64,000 bases of DNA from Eledone cirrhosa (Eukaryota). This document shows, piece by piece, positions 55,501-64,000 of this stretch. The stretch spans positions 88,102,001-88,166,000 of the forward strand of contig OZ024740.1 of the NCBI GenBank assembly GCA_964016885.1. The letters are read 5' to 3'. Position numbers and translations under genes: made by a program. Each line of letters starts with the position of its first letter. Within the stretch, counting starts at the first letter, position 1. Under the pieces are notes generated by a model. The model was given only the letters and a program-made list of their open reading frames with translations. It did not search any database and was not told where the DNA came from.

Positions 55501-58500
55501 CAGTAACAACAACAACACTGACACAGCAACATGTTGTGGTAGCGATTACAGTGTCAGTAACACCAGTAATACAATGACATGTTGTGGTAGAAGTATGACA
55601 GTAACAACAACAACACTGACACAACAACATGTTGTGGTAGAGATAACAGTGTCAGTAACACCAGTAATATAATGACATGTTGTGGTAGAAGTCTGACAGT
55701 AACAACAACAACACTGACACAGCAACTTGTTGTGGTAGAGATAACAGTGGCAGTAACACCAGTAATATAATGACATGTTGTGGTAGAAGTCTGACAGTAA
55801 CAACAACACTGACACAGCAACATGCTGTGATAGAGATTACAGTGTCAGTAACACCAGTAATAGAATGACATGTTGTGGTAGAAGTATGACAGTAACAACA
55901 ACACTGACACAGCAACATGCTGTGGTAGAGACAACAGTGTCAGTAACACCTGTAATACAATGGTGTGTTGTGGTAGAAGTATGACAGTAACAACAACAAC
56001 CCTGACACAGCTACATGCTGTGGTAGAAATAACAGTGGCAGTAACACCAGTAATATAATGACATGTTGTGGTAGAAGTCTGACAGTAACAACAACACTGA
56101 CACAGCAACATGCTGTGGTAGAGATTACAGTGCCAGTAACACCAGTAATACAATGACATGTTGTGGTAGAAGTATGACAGTAACAAAAACAACACTGACA
56201 CAGCAACATGCTGTGGTAGAGATTACAGTGTCAGTAACACCAGTAATACAATGACATGTTGTGGTAGAAGTATGACAGTAACAACAACACTGACACAGCA
56301 ACATGCTGTGGTAGAGATTACAGTGTCAGTAACACCAGTAATACAATGACATGTTGTGGTAGAAGTCTGACAGTAACAACAACACTGACACAGCAACATG
56401 CTGTGGTAGAGATTACAGTGTCAGTAACACCAGTAATACAGTGACATGTTGTGGTAGAATTATGACAGTAACAACAACGCTGACACAGCAACATGTTGTG
56501 GTAGAGATAATAGTGTCAGTAACACCAGTAATACAATGACATGTTGTGGTAGAAGTATGACAGTATCAACAACAACACTGACACATCAACATGTTGTGGT
56601 AGAGATAACAGAGTCAGTAACACCAGTAATACAATGACATGTTGTGGTAGAAGTTTGACAGTAACAACAACAGGACTGACACAGCAACATGTTGTGGTAG
56701 AGATAACGGTGTCAGTAACACCAGTAATACAATGACATGTTGTGGTAGAAGTATGACAGTAACAACAACAACACTGACACATCAACATGTTGTGGTAGAG
56801 ATAACAGAGTCAGTAACACCAGTAATACAATGACATGTTGTGGTAGAAGTTTGACAGTAACAACAACAGGACTGACACAGCAACATGTTGTGGTAGAGAT
56901 AACGGTGTCAGTAACACCAGTAATACAATGACATGTTGAGGTAGAAGTATGACAGTAACAACAACACTGACACAGCAACATGCTGTGGTAGAGATTACAG
57001 TGTCAGTAACACCAGTAATACAATGACATGTTGTGGTAGAAGTATGACAGTAACAACAACAACACTGACACAGCAACATGTGGTAGAGATAACGGTGTCA
57101 GTAACACCAGTAATACAATGACATGTTGTGGTAGAAGCATGACAGTAACAACAACACTGACACAGCAACATGCTGTGGTAGAGATTACAGTGTCAGTAAC
57201 ACCAGTAATACAATGACATGTTGTGGTAGAAGTATGACAGTAACAACAACAACACTGACACAGCAACATGTTGTGGTAGAGATAACAGAGTCAGTAGCAC
57301 CAGTAATACAATGACATGTTGTGGTAGAAGTATGACAGTAACAACAACAACACTGACACAGCAACATGTTGTGGTAGAGATTACAGTGTCAGTAACACCA
57401 GTAATACAATGACATGTTGTGGTAGAAGTATGACAGTAACAACAACAACACTGACACAGCAACATGTGGTAGAGATAACGGTGTCAGTAACACCAGTAAT
57501 ACAATGACATGTTGTGGTAGAAGTATGACAGTAACAACAACAACACTGACACAGCAACATGCTGTGGTAGAAATAACGGTGTCAGTAACACCAGTAATAT
57601 AATGACATGTTGTGGTAGAAGTATGACAGTAACAACAACACTGACACAGCAACATGCTGTGGTAGAGATAACTGTGTCAGTAACACCAGTAATACAATGA
57701 CATGTTGTGGTAGAACTACGACAGTAACAACAACAACACTGACACAGCAACATGTTGTGGTAGAGATTACAGTGTCAGTAACACCAGTAATACAATGACA
57801 TGTTGTGGTAGAAGTATGACAGTATCAACAACAACACTGACACATCAACATGTTGTGGTAGAGATAACAGAGTCAGTAACACCAGTAATACAATGACATG
57901 TTGTGGTAGAAGTATGACAGTAACAACAACAGGACTGACACAGCAACATCTGGTAGAGATAACTGTGTCAGCAACACCAGTAATACAATGACATGTTGTG
58001 GTAGAAGTATGACAGTAACAACAACAACACTGACACAGCAACATGGTGGGGTAGAGATAACGGTGTCAGTAACACCAGTAATACAATGACATGTTGTGGT
58101 AGAAGTATGACAGTAACAACAACAGGACTGACACAGCAACATGGTGGGGTAGAGATTACAGCGTCACTAACACCAGTAATACGATGACATGTTGTGGTAG
58201 AAGTATGACAGTAACAACAACAACACTGACACAGCAACATGCTGTGGTAGAGATTACAGCGTCAGTAACGCCAGTAATACGATGACATGTTGTGGTAGAA
58301 GTATGACAGTAACAACAACAACACTGACACAGCAACATGTTGTGGTAGAGATAACAGTGTCAGTAACACCAGTAATACAATGACATGTTGTGGTAGAAGT
58401 ATGATAGTAACAACAACACTGACACAGCAACATGCTGTGGTAGAGATTACAGTGTCAGTAACACCAGTAATACAATGACATGTTGTGGTAGAAGTATGAC

Positions 58501-61500
58501 AGTAACAACAACAACACTGACACAGCAACATGCTGTGGTAGAGATTACAGTGTCAGTAACACCAGTAATACAATGACATGTTGTGGTAGAAGTATGACAG
58601 TACCACAACAACACTGACACAGCAACATGATGTGGTAGAGATTACAGCGTCAGTAACACCAGTAATACGATGACATGTTGTGGTAGAAGTATGACAGTAA
58701 CAACAACAACACTGACACAGCAACATGTTGTGGTAGAGATAACAGTGTCAGTAACACCAGTAATACAATGACATGTTGTGGTAGAAGTATGACAATAACA
58801 ACATCACTGACAGAGCAACATGCTGTGGTAGAGATAACAGTATCAGTAACACCAGTAATACAATGAAATGTTGTGGTAGAAGTATGACAGTAACAACAAC
58901 AACACTGACACAGCAACATGCTGTGGTAGAGATTACAGTGCCAGTAACACCAGTAATACAATGACATGTTGTGGTGGAAGTATGACAGTAACAAGAACAA
59001 CACTGACACAGCAACATGTTATTGTAGAGTTAACAGTGTCAGTAACACCAGTAATACACTGACATGTTGTGGTAGAAGTATGATAGTAACAACTAAAAAC
59101 ACTGACACAGCAACATGTTGTGGTAGAGATTACAGTGTCAGTAACACCAGTAATACAATGACATGTTGTGGTAGAAGTATGAGAGTAACAACTAAAAACA
59201 CTGACACAGCAACATGTTGTGGTAGAGATTACAGTATCAGTAACACCAGTAATACAATGACATGTTGTGGTAGAAGTATGACAGTAACAACAACATTGAC
59301 ACAGCAACATGTTGTGGTAGAGATAACAGTGTCAGTAACACCAGTAATACAATGACATGTTGTGGTAGAAGTATGACAGTAACAACAAAAACACTGGCAC
59401 AGCAACATGCTGTGGTAGAGATAATAGTGTCAGTAACACCAGTAATACAATGACATGTTGTGGTAGAAGTATGACAGTAACAACAACACTGACACAGCAA
59501 CATGTTGTGGTAGAGATAACAGTGTAAGTAACACCAGTAATACAATGACATGTTGTGGTAGAAGTATGACAGTAAGAACAACAACACTGACACAGCAACA
59601 TGCTGTGGTAGAGATAATAGTGTCAGTAACACCAGTAATACAATGACATGTTGTGGTAGAAGTGTGACAGTAACAACAACACTGACACAGCAACATGTTG
59701 TGGTAGAGATAACAGAGTCAGTAACACCAGTAATACAATGACATGTTGTGGTAGAAGTATGACAGTAACAACAACAACACTGACACAGCAACATGTTGTG
59801 GTAGAGATTACAGTGTCAGTAACACCAGTAATACAATGACATATTGTGGTAGAAGTATGACAGTAACAACAACAACACTGACACAGCAACATGTTGTGGT
59901 AGAGATAACAGTGTCAGTAACACCAGTAACACAATGACATATTGTGGTAGAAGTATGCCAGTAACAACAACACTCACACAGCAACATGCTGCGGTAGAAA
60001 TAACGGTGTCAGTAACACCAGTAATACAATGACATGTTGTGGTAGAAGTATGACAATAACAGCAACAACACTGACACAGCAACATGTTGTGGTAGAGATA
60101 ACAGTGTCAGTAACACCAGTAATACAATGACATGTTGTGGTAGAAGTATGGCAGTAACAACAACAACACTGACACAGCAACATGTTGTGGTAGAGATTAC
60201 AGTGTCAGTAACACCAGTAATTCAATGACATGTTGTGGTAGAAGTATGACAGTAACAACAACAACACTGACACAGCAACATGTCGTGGTAGAGATAACAG
60301 TGTCAGTAACACCAGTAATACAATGACATGTTGTGGTAGAAGTATGACAGTAACAACAACAACACTGACACAGCAACATGTTGTGGTAGAGATAACGGTG
60401 TCAGTAACACCAGTAATACAATGACATGTTGTGGTAGAAGTATGACAGTAACAACAACAACACTGACACAGCAACATGCTGTGGTAGAGATAACGGTGTC
60501 AGTAACACCAGTAATACAATGACATGTTGTGGTAGAAGTATGACAGTAACAATAACAATACTGACACAGCAACATGCTGTGGTAGAGATGACGGTGTCAC
60601 TAACACCAGTAATACAATGACATGTTGTGGTAGAAGTATGACAGTAACAACAACACTGACACAGCAACATGCTGTGGTAGAGATAACTGTGTCAGTAACA
60701 CCAGTAATACAATGACATGTTGTGGTAGAACTACAACAGTAACAACAACAACACTGACACAGCAACATGCTGTGGTAGAGATGACGGTGTCACTAACACC
60801 AGTAATACAATGACATGTTGTGGTAGAAGTATGACAGTAACAACAACATTGACACAGCAACATGTTGCGGTAGAGATAAGTGTCAGTAACACCAGTAATA
60901 CAATGACATATTGTGGTAGAAGTATGACAGTAACAACAACAACACTGACACAGCAACATGTTGTGGTAGAGATAACAGTGTCAGTAACACCAGTAACACA
61001 ATGACATGTTGTGTTAGAAGTATGACAGTAACAACAACAACACTGACACAGCAACATGTTGTGGTAGAGATTACAGTGTCAGTAACACCAGTAACACAAT
61101 GACATGTTGTGTTAGAAGTATGACAGTAACAACAACAACACTGACACAGCAACATGTTGTGGTAGAGATAACAGTGTCAGTAACACCAGTAACACAATGA
61201 CATGTTGTGTTAGAAGTATGACTGTAACAACAACAACACTGACACAGCAACATGTTGTGGTAGACATTACAGTGTCAGTAACACCAGTAACACAATGACA
61301 TGTTGTGTTAGAAGTATGACAGTAACAACAACAACACTGACACAGCAACATGTTGTGGTAGAGATAACAGTGTCAGTAACACCAGTAACACAATGACATG
61401 TTGTGTTAGAAGTATGACAGTAACAAGAACAACACTGACACAGCAACATGCTGTGGTAGAGATAACAGTGTCAGTAACACCAGTAACACAATGACATGTT

Positions 61501-64000
61501 GTGTTAGAAGTATGACAGTAATAACAACAACACTGACACAGCAACATGCTGTGGTAGAGATAACAGAGTCAGTAACACCAGTAATACAATGACATGTTGT
61601 GGTAGAAGTTTGACAGTAACAACAACAGGACTGACACAGCAACATGTTGTGGTAGAGATAACGGTGTCAGTAACACCAGTAATACAATGACATGTTGTGG
61701 TAGAAGTATGACAGTAACAACAACACTGACACAGCAACATGCTGTGGTAGAGATTACAGTGTCAGTAACACCAGTAATACAATGACTTGTTGTGGTAGAA
61801 GTATGACAGTAACAACAACAACACTGACACAGCAACATGTGGTAGAGATAACGGTGTCAGTAACACCAGTAATACAATGACATGTTGTGGTAGAAGTATG
61901 ACAGTAACAACAACACTGACACAGCAACATGCTGTGGTAGAGATTACAGTGTCAGTAACACCAGTAATACAATGACATGTTGTGGTAGAAGTATGACAGT
62001 AACAACAACAACACTGACACAGCAACATGTTGTGGTAGAGATAACGGTGTCAGTAACACCAGTAATACAATGACATGTTGTGGTAGAAGTATGACAGTAA
62101 CAACAACAACACTGACACAGCAACATGCTGTGGTAGAGATAACGGTGTCAGTAACACCAGTAATACAATGACATGTTGTGGTAGAAGTATGACAGTAACA
62201 ATAACAACACTGACACAGCAACATGCTGTGGTAGAGATGACGGTGTCACTAACACCAGTAATACAATGACATGTTGTGGTAGAAGTATGACAGTAACAAC
62301 AACACTGACACACAACATGTTGCGGTAGAGATAAGTGTCAGTAACACCAGTAATACAATGACATATTGTGGTAGAAGTATGACAGTAACAACAACAACAC
62401 TGACACAGCAACATGTTGTGGTAGAGATAACAGTGTCAGTAACACCAGTAACACAATGACATGTTGTGTTAGAAGTATGACAGTAACAACAACAACACTG
62501 ACACAGCAACATGTTGTGGTAGAGATTACAGTGTCAGTAACACCAGTAACACAATGACATGTTGTGTTAGAAGTATGACAGTAACAACAACAACACTGAC
62601 ACAGCAACATGTTGTGGTAGAGATAACAGTGTCAGTAACACCAGTAACACAATGACATGTTGTGTTAGAAGTATGAATGTAACAACAACAACACTGACAC
62701 AGCAACATGTTGTGGTAGACATTACAGTGTCAGTAACACCAGTAACACAATGACATGTTGTGTTAGAAGTACGACAGTAACAACAACAACACTGACACAG
62801 CAACATGTTGTGGTAGAGATAACAGTGTCAGTAACACCAGTAACACAATGACATGTTGTGTTAGAAGTATGACAGTAACAAGAACAACACTGACACAGCA
62901 ACATGCTGTGGTAGAGATAACAGTGTCAGTAACACCAGTAATACAATGACATGTTGTGGTAGAAGTATGACAGTATCAACAACAACACTGACACATCAAC
63001 ATGTTGTGGTAGAGATAACAGAGTCAGTAACACCAGTAATACAATGACATGTTGTGGTAGAAGTATGACAGTAACAACAACAGGACTGACACAGCAACTT
63101 GTGGTAGAGATAACTGTGTCAGTAACACCAGTAATACAATGACATGTTGTGGTAGAAGTATGACAGTAACAACAACAGGACTGACACAGCAACATGGTGG
63201 GGTAGAGATTACAGCGTCACTAACACCAGCAATACGATGACATGTTGTGGTAGAAGTATGACAGTAACAACAACAACACTGACACAGCAACATGCTGTGG
63301 TAGAGATTACAGCGTCAGTAACGCCAATAATACGATGACATGTTGTGGTAGAAGTATGACAGTAACAACAACAACACTGACACAGCAACATGTTGTGGTA
63401 GAGATAACAGTGTCAGTAACACCAGTAATACAATGACATGTTGTGGTAGAAGTATGATAGTAACAACAACACTGACACAGCAACATGCTGTGGTAGAGAT
63501 TACAGTGTCAGTAACACCAGTAATACAATGACATGTTGTGGTAGAAGTATGACAGTAACAACAACAACACTGACACAGCAACATGATGTAGTAGAGATTA
63601 CAGCGTCAGTAACACCAGTAATACGATGACATGTTGTGGTAGAAGTATGACAGTAACAACAACAACACTGACACAGCAACATGTTGTGGTAGAGATAACA
63701 GTGTCAGTAACACCAGTAATACAATGACATGTTGTGGTAGAAGTATGACAATAACAACAACACTGACAGAGCAACATGCTGTGGTAGAGATAACAGTATC
63801 AGTAACACCAGTAATACAATGAAATGTTGTGGTAGAAGTATGACAGTAACAACAACACTGACACAGCAACATGCTGTGGTAGAGATAATAGTGTCAGTAA
63901 CACCAGTAATACAATGACATGTTGTGGTAGAAGTATGACAGTAACAACAACAACACTGACACAGCAACATGCTGTGATAGAGATTACAGTGTCAGTAACA
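31520..64000. repeat. Satellite DNA array, 98/95-bp monomer, about 330 copies, continuing past the window end
   Basis: Consensus ACATGTTGTGGTAGAAGTATGACAGTAACAACAACAACACTGACACAGCA (50) + ACATGTTGTGGTAGAGATAACAGTGTCAGTAACACCAGTAATACAATG (48). All copies are head-to-tail in one orientation; length variants are mostly 3-bp indels. Confidence 0.99.
34200..45560. repeat. Three tandem higher-order repeat units (offsets 3853 and 3660 bp)
   Basis: The rare marker tgacatgtttaacaccag occurs at 37351, 41011 and 44864 (and 51428). Identical variant ORFs recur at the same offsets (e.g. 34323/38176/41836; 36463/40123/43976). Confidence 0.9.

Noticed and set aside
31504-63970. Hundreds of Cys/Thr/Val-rich ~89-aa ORFs on the minus strand (metallothionein-, mucin- or keratin-associated-looking)
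   Set aside because: The monomers (98/95 bp) are not multiples of 3, so each ORF simply runs through all three frames until a recurring stop. Overlapping copies exist in every frame, which indicates a compositional artefact.
31520-64000. CRISPR-like repeat-spacer pattern (constant ACATGTTGTGGTAGA with intervening ~34 bp)
   Set aside because: The intervening segments are just two alternating conserved sequences, not unique spacers. There are no cas genes and the context is eukaryotic.
31520-64000. Satellite as a hammerhead (retrozyme) tandem array
   Set aside because: There is no CUGANGA/UUGANAA plus GAAA arrangement on either strand of the consensus.

Overview
AT-rich, microsatellite-dense animal genomic DNA with no recognisable host protein-coding gene. 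It is probably a cephalopod (Octopus-like), inferred only from a SINE-type repeat I recognise from memory. Positions 1-31.5 kb are transposon debris: a nearly full-length but frameshifted R4/Dong-type RLE non-LTR retrotransposon, a Chapaev3-like transposase with an internal inversion, a Penelope-like element (PLE) GIY-YIG remnant, RTE and CR1/L2-type LINE scraps, hAT remnants and a hAT MITE. Positions ~31.5-64 kb are one satellite array of 98/95-bp monomers. Each monomer is a 50+48-bp dimer, and the array has kb-scale higher-order duplications. The hundreds of Cys/Thr/Val-rich ORFs there are artefacts of the repeat. The most interesting signal is a cluster of short non-coding cassettes, mostly next to (TA)n tracts, that carry type I hammerhead ribozyme (HHR) motifs with palindromic helix III. 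They show PLE-style partial tandem duplication and/or an inverted 5' copy. One has a UUGAUAA core (compensatory U3-A8 pair) and a very long helix II. Together these look like a PLE-mobilised, retrozyme-like non-autonomous element system. All structures were read by eye; no folding or database search was run.
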